Source: Octopus vulgaris (taxonomy: Eukaryota). From it: 64,000 bases of DNA. Every line of letters begins with the position of its first letter. The first letter of the stretch is position 1. The stretch lies in NCBI GenBank assembly GCA_951406725.2, contig OX597825.1:88040001-88104000 (forward strand), in the 5' to 3' direction. Shown in pieces: positions 26,181-43,469 of this stretch. The translations under genes and the position numbers were made by a program. The notes under the pieces are model-generated. The model saw only the letters and a list, made by a program, of their open reading frames with translations, was not told where the DNA came from and did not search any database.

Positions 26181-29100
26181 GATTGATTGATTGATTGATT
26201 GATTGATTCTAGTTTCAGCTTATGAGCTGTGGCCATGCTGGGGCACCGCCATTTTGTGTTGCTACTTGGTTTCACTTCATGGAGGCTTTCTAGCAGCTGC
26301 TATTTGGTGCATGAGAGAGTTCGATGCAGCTGCCCTCATCTGCCCCTCCTGCCGTGAAGTTGGTTCATCTGGGACACCTGACAGGAAGAGATCCAGCTTC
26401 ATTTTAAAGACATCTGTATCCACCCCATGCAGGTCTCTCAGGTTCTTCGGGAGGATATTGAAGAGCTGTGGGCCTCGGAAGCCCAGGCTATCATAGTATC
26501 TTGTCCTACATCTTGATGGCAGGTTTGGAGTCCTAGGCACCACGCAGTGGCGCCCAGTTCTGGCATTTGCGTAACTCTCGATGCCAAAGTTCAGGACACT
26601 TCCCTCCAGGATCTTCCAGATGTATATTATGGTATATCTTTCCCGCCTACGCTCCAGGGAATATAATTTTAATCTCTTGAGTCTTTCCCAGTAGCTTACA
26701 TTCTGCATAGAGGCTATCTTCTTTGTGTAGCTTCGTTGGATCGCCTCAAGTTCTGTGATCAACTTGACACTGGATGGTGACCATAGCTGAGAGTAATAGT
26801 CAAAGTGGCTTAGGACAAGTGTCTTCCAGAGGACCATCATGGTTTCTTGTTCTCTTGTTCTAAAGGTTCTAAGAATCCATCCAGCCAGCCGTCTACATTT
26901 CATTGTCAGTTTAGCAACATGTACATGAAAGGTCGCGTCATCACTCATGTGAATACCCAGGTCACGCACTGATTGTGCCTCTGGGATTGCAATCCCTCCG
27001 GGTCCAGTGTATTCATTGGGTATTGCATTCAGTTTTGCATGCTGATAGTATAAAGCTTGAAACTTCCCAGCATTGAACTGCATGCTATTCTTTTCAGCCC
27101 ACTTGTATATTTCGTCCAGCTCACATTGCAGGTGTTTAGTGTCCTCAGGGTTCTGTATTGCCTGTGAAACTTTTGTATCATCTGCATAACTTGTGATCGT
27201 GGCTCTCTGCGTGGCTGAGGGCATGTCTGAGAGGGCCATTATGAACAGTAGTGGTCCCAGAACAGTGCCCTGCGGAACACCACTCACTATTTGTGTGTTA
27301 ATGGAGGAGGCCCCATTGGCTACTACCACCTGACTTCTATCCTTCAGAAAGTCATGAAGCCATTCTCCCAGTTTTCCAACTATGTTGAGATCACGCAGTT
27401 TGTGACATATCATTCCATGATCGACTTTATCAAAGGCCTTTGCAAAGTCGAGATATATCACTTCCACATTTGAGTGGTTGAGCAGCCGTTTCAGCACCCA
27501 GTCATAGTGTTGTAGGAGCTGAGTTAAACAGCTTCTCCCTGGTCGGAAACCATGTTGGGTGTCGGGCAGCAAGTCATTCTCTTCAAGGAAGGTGATCAGC
27601 TTCCTTCTGACTATTCGTTCCATGACCTTGCTGATGTGTGAGGTCAGAGAGATAGGTCTATAGTTCTTGGCTTCCGCTCTGCTACCTCCTTTATGAATGG
27701 GGCATATTTTACCTTCCTTCAGTTTTCCTGGAAGTTTGCCAGCTGCAAGGAAGCTCTGAAAGAGGAACTGCAGTGGTCTTGCTAGGACTCTCTTACATGC
27801 TTTTAGGAGGATTGCCGGGAATCCATCGGGGCCAGTAGCTGAGTCTGTTTTCATTTCATCTATAGCCTTGGTTACATCGTCTTCCTTTATATCGATGTAA
27901 TCTATCGTCGCCGCCTCTGATTTTATATCTGCAGCGGTAAAAAAGGCAGTTGGATTGGTGATTTGGAGATGCCCAAGGGGTGGAGTGAAAACACTCTTGA
28001 ATTGCTCATTCAGTATTTCACTTACCCTCATTGGTTTTCCTGTAAGTGTGCCATCCTTTTCGAGGAGTGGCCCTATTCTACAGTGCACTGTAGCTGTTTC
28101 TTTGGCATACCTGTAGAAAGCTCTGGGGTTAGATTTTATGTTTTCTATAGCCCAGGCTTCTTTGTCTGCTCTTTCTTTTTCATGGGAGAGTTGCAGACAT
28201 TTTTCGATTTCCAACAGTTTTATTTTTAGGCGGGACTTTTCACTGCTTTCAATCTGTTTGTTTAGGCGATTTGAAAATTTCGTACGCCGTCTCATTAAAA
28301 TTTTGCTCTCTCTGGGGATTTTGTTCTTGTGTACAGTGGCCTTTCTCTCTGGGACACATTTGTAGCATATGGCTTGCATTACATACATGAATTGTTGAAG
28401 TTTCACGTCGATGTCTGGCGAGGAGAGACATTTAGGCCAGTTTTGTTTGAGGATCTCTTTCTCAATTTGTTCCCAGTTTGCCTTATGGTAGTTCAAGCTG
28501 GAAAGATTTTGAGGGTTTCTTGTAGGCTGCATGTCCGTGCTCTCTTTTGGCCCGTACATGGTCAGCTCTATCATGTTGTGATCCGAGAGTAGTGTCGGTG
28601 TCACTTTCACATTATGGATGAGATCCATGTCATTTGTGAAGGAGAGATCCAGTGTGTTACCTGCCCTGGTTGGTTGGAGTATTACCTGCTCCATGTACAG
28701 GGTGTTGGTGAGGTTCAGGAGGGACCTCGCCTGTCCTCGTTCACATCTTGTCATTCCTGGGAGAGAAAGGCCCTCGGGCCATCTGACATTGGGCAGATTG
28801 AAGTCTCCCATAAGAAGCACACCTATGTGTTGTTCTAATGTGGTTAGAATTTCTTCTATTTTTATAAGGCAGTCTTCAAACTTGCCCACATGGCTTGGGG
28901 CATCTGGAGGGCGATATGTAGCACACACAACTACATCAAGTTGCCTAATATGTACAATTAGTGTGTCACACACCGAGTTTGAGTATGACAAGAGGACCTG
29001 GGGTGTGAGGTCCTCACGGATGTACATAGCAACACCTCCATGACTCCTTTCTTTCCTGTCGGTCCGTAGTACAGCATACTGTGGTATGTGTAACTCCGCA

Positions 29101-29640
29101 TCTGCTATGTCCGGTTTCAGGTGCGTTTCTGTAAGTGCTATGCATATGGCTTGATTGCATGCAACAAAGTCTCTCAGGAACGGGATCTTTGTCCTGTTAC
29201 TGAGTGTTTGCAGTCCTCTGATGTTCAGTAGGAGTATCGAGGTGAGGAGTACGTTGTTGCCGGCGGTGTCCATCATGTGTCTGTTTGCTGTGGTGGTCTG
29301 GTATATAGTGGGTAGTCTCACCTGCGGGCTTGGGTTTGATGAAGCCAGGTCAGCTGCTGTACAATCTTTTGTGCCATGCACAAAAAAGATTGTTGCTCAG
29401 CAGCTGCTCTTTCGACAACATCATGTTGGCTGTTTGTGGCGCGCACAACATCTGCGTACCTCCGCTTTGGGGCAGGTGGTGCGTGGTCCATCCCTTTTCT
29501 TTGTGTTGATGGTTTGTCCATCTGCCTCGTGTCTCTGTGGCAGGGTCCCCGATGTGCAAAGCGGCAGCCTGCACCTTCCTTTCCATGCCAGCAGGAACCA
29601 CTCAGGTAGAACATACACACCCGTGTGCGCTGTTTGGTTC
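26181..29640 (-). mobile_element. CR1-group LINE family 1, copy 1 (ORF1 3' half, uninterrupted ORF2, 3' UTR, (AATC)n tail)
   Basis: Collinear with copy 5 (58882-62886). (GATT)7 on the + strand at 26181-26208. Both ends lie in TA arrays. Confidence 0.95.
26277..29381 (-). CDS. LINE ORF2: apurinic-like endonuclease plus reverse transcriptase (1034 aa; true start probably the MMDT at codon ~36)
   Basis: APE motifs [48 protein letters not shown] motifs [52 protein letters not shown]-terminal SLERRRERY. Confidence 0.95.
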   Translation of the reverse strand: MHGTKDCTAADLASSNPSPQVRLPTIYQTTTANRHMMDTAGNNVLLTSILLLNIRGLQTLSNRTKIPFLRDFVACNQAICIALTETHLKPDIADAELHIPQYAVLRTDRKERSHGGVAMYIREDLTPQVLLSYSNSVCDTLIVHIRQLDVVVCATYRPPDAPSHVGKFEDCLIKIEEILTTLEQHIGVLLMGDFNLPNVRWPEGLSLPGMTRCERGQARSLLNLTNTLYMEQVILQPTRAGNTLDLSFTNDMDLIHNVKVTPTLLSDHNMIELTMYGPKESTDMQPTRNPQNLSSLNYHKANWEQIEKEILKQNWPKCLSSPDIDVKLQQFMYVMQAICYKCVPERKATVHKNKIPRESKILMRRRTKFSNRLNKQIESSEKSRLKIKLLEIEKCLQLSHEKERADKEAWAIENIKSNPRAFYRYAKETATVHCRIGPLLEKDGTLTGKPMRVSEILNEQFKSVFTPPLGHLQITNPTAFFTAADIKSEAATIDYIDIKEDDVTKAIDEMKTDSATGPDGFPAILLKACKRVLARPLQFLFQSFLAAGKLPGKLKEGKICPIHKGGSRAEAKNYRPISLTSHISKVMERIVRRKLITFLEENDLLPDTQHGFRPGRSCLTQLLQHYDWVLKRLLNHSNVEVIYLDFAKAFDKVDHGMICHKLRDLNIVGKLGEWLHDFLKDRSQVVVANGASSINTQIVSGVPQGTVLGPLLFIMALSDMPSATQRATITSYADDTKVSQAIQNPEDTKHLQCELDEIYKWAEKNSMQFNAGKFQALYYQHAKLNAIPNEYTGPGGIAIPEAQSVRDLGIHMSDDATFHVHVAKLTMKCRRLAGWILRTFRTREQETMMVLWKTLVLSHFDYYSQLWSPSSVKLITELEAIQRSYTKKIASMQNVSYWERLKRLKLYSLERRRERYTIIYIWKILEGSVLNFGIESYANARTGRHCVVPRTPNLPSRCRTRYYDSLGFRGPQLFNILPKNLRDLHGVDTDVFKMKLDLFLSGVPDEPTSRQEGQMRAAASNSLMHQIAAARKPP

Positions 29641-30663
<1,023 letters not shown>

Positions 30664-30664
<1 letters not shown>

Positions 30665-32920
30665 AAATCCTTAAATCCTTAAAAATGTTTTAGCCCGAAG
30701 GCCGCGGCCATGCTGGGGCACCACCGCTGAATGAGCCACACTAGTTTGTGAATCCACCTCTGATACGTGGCACTTGATCAACAAGGGAGTTCGATGCTGC
30801 TGCCCGCATCCGTGTCTCCTGTCGTGAGGTAGGTTCATCTGGGACTCCCAACAAGAAGAGATCCAGTTTAGTTTTAAAGAAACCCACATCCACACCATGT
30901 AAGTCTCTCAGGCATTTAGGGAGGATGTTGAAAAGCTGTGGTCCTCTGAAACCCAAGCTGTTGCAGTATCTGGACCTGTATTTTGATGGTGATGTTGGAA
31001 TCCTTGGCACCACGCAGCGGCGCCCGTTCTGCGGTTGGAGTAACTTTGAATGCCAAAGTTTGGGACAAGACCCTCCAGGATTTTCCAGATGTATATTACT
31101 GCATATCTCTCCCGCCTCCGCTCCAGGGAGAAGAGGTTTAATACCTTCAGTCTTTCCCAGTAGCTGACATTTTGCATTGAGACGATTTTCTTTGTGTAGC
31201 TTCTCTGAGTTGCTTCGAGTTCTGCTGTTTGTTTTATATTGTGTGGTGACCAAAGTTGGGAGCAGTAGTCCAAGCGGCTGAGGACAAATGTTTTCCATAG
31301 GACCATCAGTGTCTCCTTCTCTCTTGTTCTGAAAGTTCGGAGAATCCATCCAGCTAGCCGTCTGCATTTTATCACCAGATTAGCAATATGCATTTGGAAA
31401 GATGCATCATTGCTCATGTCAATGCCCAGGTCACGCACTGATTTTGACTCAGGGATTGCAATTCTTCCTGGGCCAGTGTATCCAGTCTTCACGTCATTTA
31501 CCTTTGTGTGCCAGTAGCGCAGGGCCTGGAACTTACCTGCATTAAACTGCATGTTGTTGTCCTCAGCCCACCTGTATATTGTGTCCAGCTCATGTTGCAG
31601 ATGCGCAATATTTTCAGGGTTCTGTATTGCGTGGGAGACCTTTGTGTCATCTGCATAGCTAGCAAGGGTGGTCATCGTAGCAACTGAAGGCATGTCTGAA
31701 AGGGCCACTATGAACATCAGTGGCCCCAAGACAGTGCCCTGTGGGACACCGCTTGTTATTTGCGTTTCCCTGGAGGTGGCTCCATTGCTCACAACTGCCT
31801 GTTTTCTGTCTTTTAGGAAGTTGTGCAGCCACTCTCCAAGTTTCCCGCCTATGCCGAGACCACGCAGTTTGTGACAGATCATACCATGGTCGACTTTATC
31901 AAAGGCTTTTGCAAAGTCAAGATATATTACATCCACATTTGAGCCATTTAGTAGCTGTTTCAACACCCAGTCATAGTGTTGCAGGAGCTGTGTTAGGCAG
32001 CCTCTACCTGGTCGAAATCCATGCTGGGTGTCAGACAGTAAGTCATTTTCTTCAAGGAACATGATTAGTTTCTTACGGACTATTCGTTCCATGACTTTGC
32101 TGATGTGTGAGGTCAGAGAGATAGGCCTATAATTTTTAGCATCTGCTCTGCTACCTCCCTTATGGATAGGGCATATTACCCCCTCTTTCAGTTTGACTGG
32201 GAGCTTACCACTTGCAAGAAAGCTCTGAAAAAGAAGCTGTAGCGGTTTTGCAAGGGCTCGTTTGCACGATTTGAGAAGGATCGCTGGGAATCCATCAGGT
32301 CCAGCAGCTGAGTTTGTGTCAATCTCATCAATGGCTAGTGTGATATCATCTTCTTCGATGTTGATGTACTCAATTTTTGTCTCTTTGGCCGCTGGTAAAG
32401 TGGCAAAGAATTCTTCTGGGTTGTTTACTTGCCTGTGTCCTAGAGGTGTAGTGAATACACTTTGGAACTGTTCGTTCAGTATTTCACTTATCCTCGTGGG
32501 ATTTCCTGTGAGAGAGCCATCTTTTTGGAAGAGAGGTCCTATTCTCTGGTGCACTGTGGCTGTCTCTTTGGCAAACTTAAAGAAAGCTTTAGGGTTTGAT
32601 TTTATATTTTCTATTACCCAAGCTTCTTTATCTGCTCTCTCCTTTTCATGGGACTGATGTAGACTTTTCTCAGTTTCCATTAGCATTCTTTCGAGCCGAG
32701 ACTTCTCACCACTTTTGGTGTGCTTGCTCAGGCGGTTTGCAATCCTTGTCCGTCGTCTCATAAGAATCCTCCTTTCTCTAGGGATCCTGTTTTTATTCTT
32801 GTGTGTGCTGGCCCTGCACATTGGGACATATTTGTCACATATGGCTTGTATTATGGACATGAAGTGTTTGTGTTTCATGTTTATGTCCGGTGTGGAGAGA
32901 CATTCAGGCCAATCTCTCTG
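30664..32920 (-). mobile_element. CR1-group LINE family 2 (sister family), 5'-truncated, one frameshift near the C-terminus
   Basis: From RDWPECLSTPD onward it aligns with family 1 ORF2 ([28 protein letters not shown]) but is clearly diverged. Frameshift at ~31030, stop at 30741, different tail (AGGATTTA)2. Confidence 0.92.
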
Positions 32921-33219
32921 TGTATATATATATACACACATCACACACACACACACACACACACGAGTTGGCTTTATGAAAAGCTCCTGAAGTTGGAGAG
33001 CATGGTTGGAGTGCTTCGTATAGGCTGTGTGTTTACAGGGCTTAGAAAAACTGAAGGACCGCTCTATTATGTTGTGAATATGAGAAGGGGAATCATTGTT
33101 GAATAAAATCATAATTAACTGACTCTACAGTATTTTCTTTGACCCAAAACCAGTATATGTATATACTTTCTCAGCACCTCCTTGTACACACCCTCCACAC
33201 ACACGTATATATGTATATG

Positions 33220-33251
<32 letters not shown>

Positions 33252-33433
33252 TACATAAAGTCATATGTATATATATATATATGTATATGTGATGGCTTAT
33301 ATGTGTGTATGTGTGAGTGTACTTGTGTGTGATATATTTATGTATAGAAATAGGAATGACAAATTCCCCAACCTCTGTTATATATCTACTACATAACACT
33401 CGACCTAACAATATAATGATAGTAGTAGTAGTT

Positions 33434-33483
<50 letters not shown>

Positions 33484-34005
33484 TGTTGTTGTTGTTGTTG
33501 TGGTTATTGTTGTCATTCTGTGCTACTGCTGCTGTGTGTGTGTGGTGATGGCAATGGTTTTTTGTCACAGGCGCATAAATGCGGGGGACATCATCACAAA
33601 GACAGTCAATAATTTGTGTGTGTGGGGGTGAAAGGATATGTAAACGACGATATATATATGACAAAAGCATTCATAGTATGCAAAGTATGTGATAACTTGG
33701 GCGATGTAATCCTCTTTATGTGAAAAAAATCCATCCATCTCAAGTGTGAACCCTGTGTATTACTTTGTACACCAGGTATATAGTACATAGATAGTATATA
33801 GTATATATAGACAGACAGATATATATAAATACATATATATAATAAAATATAATATGTATAAGAACGCAAAACATCCGGATATATATATATACAAAAGGGG
33901 AAAACAAAACATCCAGATAGACCATACAAAAAGTGGTCATTCGAAGCCTTTTATATATCAGTCAGTCAATAACCGGATCATCCTAGCAATTTCGGCGTTA
34001 GTTAA

Positions 34006-34100
<95 letters not shown>

Positions 34101-34353
34101 TATAGATAGATATATATGTACATATATATATGGTGCTGGGTAATGACATTTTAGGACGAACCAACGAGAGACGTTCTATATAGTCACTATATCTAGAAAT
34201 AGCAGCCAGCCTTCTCCTTAAAATCACCTCCTCCTATATTCGAAAACGGACACGTTAGAGACTTGATGGATGGGACCAGTAGTGGTCACATATGTATGCC
34301 TTAGCAACAATTAAAGCCGAGCAAATATATATTGTCATATATATTTGGCACAA

Positions 34354-34991
<638 letters not shown>

Positions 34992-36252
34992 AATGTGGAA
35001 GAAATATATCTCGACTTTGCAAAGGCCTTTGATAAAGTCGATCATGGAATGATATGTCACAAACTGCGTGATCTCAACATAGTTGGAAAACTGGGAGAAT
35101 GGCTTCATGACTTTCTGAAGGATAGAAGTCAGGTGGTAGTAGCCAATGGGGCCACCTCCATTAACACACAAATAGTGAGCGGTGTTCCGCAGGGCACTGT
35201 TCTGGGACCACTACTGTTCATAATGGCCCTCTCAGACATGCCCTCAGTCACGCAGAGAGCCACGATCACAAGTTATGCAGATGATACAAAAGTTTCACAG
35301 GCAATACAGAACCCTGAGGACATTAAACACCTGCAATGTGAGCTGGACGAAATATACAAGTGGGCTGAAAAGAATAGCATGCAGTTCAATGCTGGAAAGT
35401 TTCAAGCTTTATACTATCAGCATGCAAAACTGAATGCAATACCCAATGAATACACTGGACCCGGAGGGATTGCAATCCCAGAGGCACAATCAGTGCGTGA
35501 CCTGGTTATTCACATGAGTGATGACGCGACCTTTCATGTACATGTTGCTAAACTGACAATGAAATGTAGACGGCTGGCTGGATGGATTCTTAGAACCTAT
35601 AGAACAAGAGAACAAGAAACCATGATGGTCCTCTGGAAGACACTTGTCCTAAGCCACTTTGACTATTACTCTCAGCTATGGTCACCATCCAGTGTCAAGT
35701 TGATCACAGAACTTGAGGCGATCAACGAAGCTACACACAGAAGATAGCCTCTATGCAGAATGTAAGCTACTGGGAAAGACTCAAGAGATTAAAATTATAT
35801 TCCCTGGAGCGTAGGCGGGAAAGATATGCCATAATATACATCTGGAAGATCCTGGAGGGAAGTGTCCTGAACTTTGGCATCGAGAGTTACGCAAATGCCA
35901 GAACTGGGCGCCACTGCGTGGTGCCTAGGACTCCAAACCTGCCATCAAGATGTAGGACAAGATTCTGTGATAGCCTGGGCTTCCGAGGCCCACGGCTCTT
36001 AAATATACTCCCGAAGAACCTGAGAGACCTGCATGGGGTGGATACAGATGTCTTTAAAATAAAGCTGGATCTCTTCCTGTCAGGTGTCCCAGATGAACCA
36101 ACTTCACGGCAGGAGGGGCAGATGAGGGCAGCTGCATCGAACTCTCTCATGCACCAAATAGCAGTTGCTAGAAAGCCTCCATGAAGTGAAAGCAAGTAGC
36201 AACACCAAATGGCGGTGCCCCAGCATGGCCACAGCTCATAAGCTGAAACTAG

Positions 36253-36284
<32 letters not shown>
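34992..36284 (+). mobile_element. CR1-group LINE family 1, copy 3 (5'-truncated within RT, frameshift at ~35723)
   Basis: ORFs 34995-35747 and 35753-36184 reproduce the ORF2 3' third. (AATC)8 tail. TA arrays on both sides. Confidence 0.95.
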
Positions 36285-37703
<1,419 letters not shown>

Positions 37704-37803
37704 NNNNNNNNNNNNNNNNNNNNNNNNNNNNNNNNNNNNNNNNNNNNNNNNNNNNNNNNNNNNNNNNNNNNNNNNNNNNNNNNNNNNNNNNNNNNNNNNN
37801 NNN
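37704..37803. other. Assembly gap (100 N)
   Basis: Exactly 100 n, typical of an unknown-size scaffold join. Confidence 0.99.
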
Positions 37804-38245
37804 TCACCGGGTTCTCCGTCTCCATGGCCCTTGCTGCCGGTTGGAGAACTTGCACCTGGGTTCACTTCCCGGGCAGGTTTCTCATTCAAAACCTCCTCCC
37901 GGGCGTCCACCAGGTGGGGGTGACTTCTTTCATCGTCTCCATTCTTGCCATCTTTGCCCCGCTCGTTCTCAAAGATGGCATCAAGTGCGCCAATGTGCGA
38001 CCGTACAAGAGCATATGAGCGCACGAATTCCTGTCTCTTTCGCTCCATCTGAGCCGCTGTCCTCTTGTAGCCTCTGCTCTTCAGCGCAGCCGCAATCACC
38101 TCCCTAGGGCTATCTCCGCCGGCGCACTCCCATGCTCGTACGAATAAATCCAGCTCGTCACGTCTCCATGCTCTGGACATGCTGGATAATCCGTCTATCC
38201 GTTTATCTATCTAATTATGTTCGAGAGAAGACAGGAAGATATTAA
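37804..38245 (-). mobile_element. CR1-group LINE family 1, copy 4: ORF1 codons 1-125 (37804-38180) and proximal 5' UTR, cut by the gap
   Basis: MSRAWRRDELDLFVRAWECAGG...GDGEPG is nearly identical to ORF1 at 58946. The UTR matches 58882-58945. Confidence 0.93.
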
Positions 38246-39570
38246 GACTAATTAGAAGATAGAGTACTTGAAAAAGAAATATTAACAATATTAAAGTTTG
38301 TGTAAAAACGTTATTTAATCTTAAGGCTAATTAGGGGATAGAGTATCTGAAAATGTATTAGCAATATTAATATTATATTAGAGTGTGGATAAAAACGTTG
38401 TTTAATCTTAAGGCTAATTAGGAGATAGAGTATCTGAAAATATATTAGCAATATTAATATTATATTAGAGTGTGGGTAAAAAAAAAAACGTTATTTAATC
38501 TTAAGGCTAATTTGGAGATAGAGTATCTGAAAATATATTAGCAATATTAATATTATATTAGAGTGTGGGTAATATTAAACGTTATTTAATTTAATCTTAA
38601 GGCTAATTAGAAGACAGAGTATCTGAAAAATTATATATACAATATTAAGCAATATTAACCGTTATTTAATTTAATCTTAAGGCTAATTAGAAGATAGAGT
38701 ATCTGAAAATATATTAGCAATATTAATATTATATTAGAGTGTGGATAAAAACGTTATTTAATCTTAAGGCTAATCAGGAGATAGAGTATCTGAAAATATA
38801 TTAGCAATGTAAATATTATATTAGAGTGTGGGTAATATTAAACGTTATTTAATTTAATCTTAAGGCTAATTAGAAGATAGAGTATCTGAAGAATTATTAA
38901 CAATATTAAACGTTATTTAATTTAATCTTAAGGCTAATTAACAATAATTATTAACAATATTAAACAATATTAAACGTTATTTAATTTAATCCTAAGGCTA
39001 ATTAACAATAATTATTAACAATATTAAACAATATTAAACGTTATTTAATTTAATCTTAAGGCTAATTAACAGTAATTATTAACAATATTAAACAATATTA
39101 AACGTTATTTAATTTAATTAAGGCTAATTAACAATAATTATTAACAATATTAAACGTTATTTAATTTAATCCTAAGTATCTAAAGATTATTAACAATATT
39201 AAAACAATATTAAACGTTATTTAATTTAATCTTAAGGCTAATTAACAATAATTATTAACAATATTAAACAATATTAAACGTTATTTAATTTAATCCTAAG
39301 GCTAATTTGACGGTATCAATATTAAACGTTATTTAATTTAATCTTAAGGCTAATTAGAAGATAGAGTATCTGAAAGATTATTAACAATATTAAAACAATA
39401 TTAAACGTTATTTAATTTAATCTTAAGGCTAATTAACAATAATTATTAACAATATTAAACAATATTAAACGTTATTTAATTTAATCCTAAGGCTAATTTG
39501 ACGGTATCAATATTAAACGTTATTTAATTTAATCTTAAGGCTAATTAGAAGATAGAGTATCTGGAAAATT
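38241..39570. repeat. AT-rich tandem array of variable ~35-75 bp units, directly upstream of LINE ORF1
   Basis: Recurring core aaacgttatttaat(ttaat)cttaaggctaatt, with alternative modules agaagatagagtatctgaaa / aacaataattattaacaatatt / tgacggtatc. Confidence 0.92.
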
Positions 39571-40018
39571 ATTATATCGAGAACAGATATTGAAAATGTA
39601 AACAAACAAAATGACGATCGCAACTTTAACTAAGATGTGGGCCTAAGTGAAAGATAAAATAGAATAATAAATAAAATATGAAATAGATGAAATTGATACT
39701 TAATCCAACAATGTGGTCTGGATTATTTTTCTTGGTTTACGGGATTTTTTTCAGGAGAGATACATCTTTTTCTTTCTTGCAGGAGATAACTTGATTCAGT
39801 TATTTTTGCACCATGTGCGTTTCGGCGAAAATGAAAATTACTGTGTATATGTATATATTTATATATATATTTTTAAAAATATTTTTAACCAAAGTGTTGT
39901 AGTGATCTCTATGACTTAGAGTTTTACGTTTTGCAACTACAGTGGGTTATTTCGCCGTTCTATGCAAACTTTTTCACAGAGCAAAGGCAATCACGTCTTT
40001 CTCTGCGGAAAACGGAAC

Positions 40019-41115
<1,097 letters not shown>

Positions 41116-41474
41116 TTATCGTTCTGAGTTTATTGTTAAATTTTAGACAATCGGAAGGCTTCATTTGAAACATAAATTATGTTTCTTAGATTACACTGCA
41201 ATAAAATGGATATTTATTAAACTATAGAACTTTTTTAATGGCACCCCTACGATAATGGCTTCTGAAATTAATTAGTTCAACATATTTCCTCTTCTATCTT
41301 TCTGTAGCTATTACTCCCCAGATATCTTGAGTTTCTTCTGTGGAATATTGTTATAATTATTATATAATTGTCCTATTCCGAAGTTCCATTACGTAAATTA
41401 AAGATGTAAAATGATTAGTTGTCGTTTAATTCGTTATTGTATCCGAGGCAAAGATTAAAACGTTATGACCTGCA

Positions 41475-41542
41475 AATCTATTCGCTCAGACAATCTATTC
41501 GCTCAGACAATCTATTCGCTCAGACAATCTATTCGCTCAGAC
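41475..41542 (+). repeat. Perfect 17-bp minisatellite x4
   Basis: (aatctattcgctcagac)4. Confidence 0.97.
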
Positions 41543-41734
41543 GAATATAAATATTTCTAAAAAATATCGTCGTGCGTTCGTTTAATCACCCATAGTAATT
41601 TACTAAAATCAAAACAAATGCCATATATGCAAACCATTATATACCCTCTTAGTTTCAGTATCGTCCATACCCACTATAAGTGTGCGTATAAATATTAGAA
41701 ACAGATTGAAACATGAAATCCATCACAATCCATT

Positions 41735-42489
41735 TCAACAATGCAAAAATTGTGGTCGAGCTTTGTCATAAAGGATGATTGGCCCCTTTCTGTTGACCGG
41801 TCTGCGACGGATGTGTAGCAGGTTTTCGTTCATATTGGCAGTTTCATGGCTATAGGTTTCTGCCGTAATGGTTTTCTCGGGTTTGAATAGGTTATAGTGG
41901 ATCAGTCCAGCAGTACACCACCAAACACTCACCATAACCTTCTTTTTCAAGAACTCAGGTTTAGGGGAAGTTTTCGGTGCTTCATCTTGGTCCAACCACT
42001 GCTAAGAAAGTTTTTTCTTGTACAGAATCCACTTTTCATCGCAAGTTACAATATAGTCGACAAATGGATCTGTATGGTTACGGAGAAGAAGCGACGAGCA
42101 AATTTTATATCTGCGCATTTTCTTATTTTCATTCAAATCGCTTGGTGCCCATTCATCGAGCTTTTTTCCGGTCGCATGTAAATGGTTGCAGGCCGTTTTC
42201 TGGACGACTAGAAGTTCTTTTGCCAGTTCTCCGATGATTTTACGTGGATCTTCCTCAATGACAGTCTTCAATTAACCGTCATCAATGACAGAAGGCGGCC
42301 GTTACGTTCACCATCTTGAAGACTCAGCTCTCCACTGCGGAATCGTTTAAATCAGTTTCAAGCTGACCACTCACCGCTCATTTTCCCATTAAGTGTTTCG
42401 TTGATATTGCGAGCAGTTTCAGATGCTTTACGTTCCTTTATGAAGTTGAATAGCAAAATTGCTCGAACATCGCGCTTTCAAAGTTCCAT
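41735..42489 (-). pseudogene. Decayed mariner (Hsmar1/SETMAR-like) transposase
   Basis: MEL*KRDVRAILLFNF..RKASETARNIN...FKRFRSG..SLQD..R.GR; EEDPR...ELAKEL; WAPSDL (WVPHEL motif); IVTCDEKWILY; KKVMVSVWW...GLIHY; IILYDKARP. Stops and frameshifts present. Confidence 0.9.
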
Positions 42490-42635
42490 TTTAGCTGATT
42501 GTAACAGCGGTGAAAAAAAATCAATATATATATATATAACGTGGAAGACCGTAGGCTCGAAACGAGCGTTGTACTAACACATCTGTTTGTTGTCTACACC
42601 ACCTGTCTTCGTCTCTTATTTTTTGTGTGAATTCT

Positions 42636-42687
<52 letters not shown>

Positions 42688-42734
42688 GTGTGTGTGTGTG
42701 TGTGTGTACTTGTGTACCAAGTTTGATATTTACC

Positions 42735-42790
42735 TTATATTATTCCGACCTAACGAGGTGTCACAATTTAATTACCTAATTCAACTGAAT
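42735..42790 (-). repeat. Probable mariner terminal sequence; inverted homolog at 44020-44078
   Basis: tatattattccgacctaacgaggtgtcacaatttaattacctaattcaac versus the reverse complement tatattattctgacataacaaggtgccttaatttatgtacctaattcaac. Confidence 0.5.
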
Positions 42791-43191
42791 CTTAGTAAGA
42801 AACACACAATTATATAGTGACGTTTTTTCTTACCATAATAACATGTTCTACAATGAAGTATGTTACTCTGTGTTTATCTGTGATTGTTAAGCTGGAGGGG
42901 AGTGAATCTCTCCCTTAATCATAATATATCGGACACCGTTTGCGTGTCATTGACCTGCTGCAAAATACGTTATCCTGTGGTTGAAACGTAGTATTTCTTT
43001 ATAGAATAACCTTATTATAGTGCCCCCCCCCAATAAAATCGTTAACGTCTGGCACTTTTACTACTTATATCTCGTTTAGAGATATTACAACTGGCTACTT
43101 TGTTCGTTGCAGGATGAGCGGCTGTCTGCCGCTTCTGTCTTTATATATTGGGAGTAGGAACGATTGGCTGCCATCTCTTGCAGACAGGTGT

Positions 43192-43236
43192 CCAGTACCG
43201 ATGAAGGATAAAGACCCAGAAACCATGGTTTACTGG
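43192..43236 (+). ncRNA. Type I hammerhead ribozyme-like motif (PLE type), one core substitution
   Basis: ccagta-CCGATGA-a-gg.ataaagac.cc-a-GAAA-C-catg-G-TT-tactgg: 6-bp stem I, palindromic stem III ACCATGGT, GUU site. Confidence 0.6.
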
Positions 43237-43433
43237 TCTGGCCAAGAAACTTGGCAGGAAGTTTCTTGTCGATGCCTCCAGTGGAAGCAATATTATCGAT
43301 AGTGGTTGATTTTGCGTTTGACTCCTCTGGTCGACAACTGACGAAGAATCGGTGACCGATGTTTTCTCTCCACCTGTGTCCGTTCGTTTATTTGAACTAT
43401 ACTTTCCGTTTGTTATCTTCTTATTTAATCCTG

Positions 43434-43465
<32 letters not shown>

Positions 43466-43469
<4 letters not shown>

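Noticed and set aside
30908-33112. 734-aa ORF as a complete gene with its own N-terminus
   Set aside because: The first ~65 codons are flanking DNA and microsatellite, and the last ~35 are out of frame; it is a truncated LINE ORF2.
38241-39570. CRISPR-like repeat/spacer appearance
   Set aside because: The intervening segments are themselves repeated modules rather than unique spacers; no cas genes; eukaryotic context.
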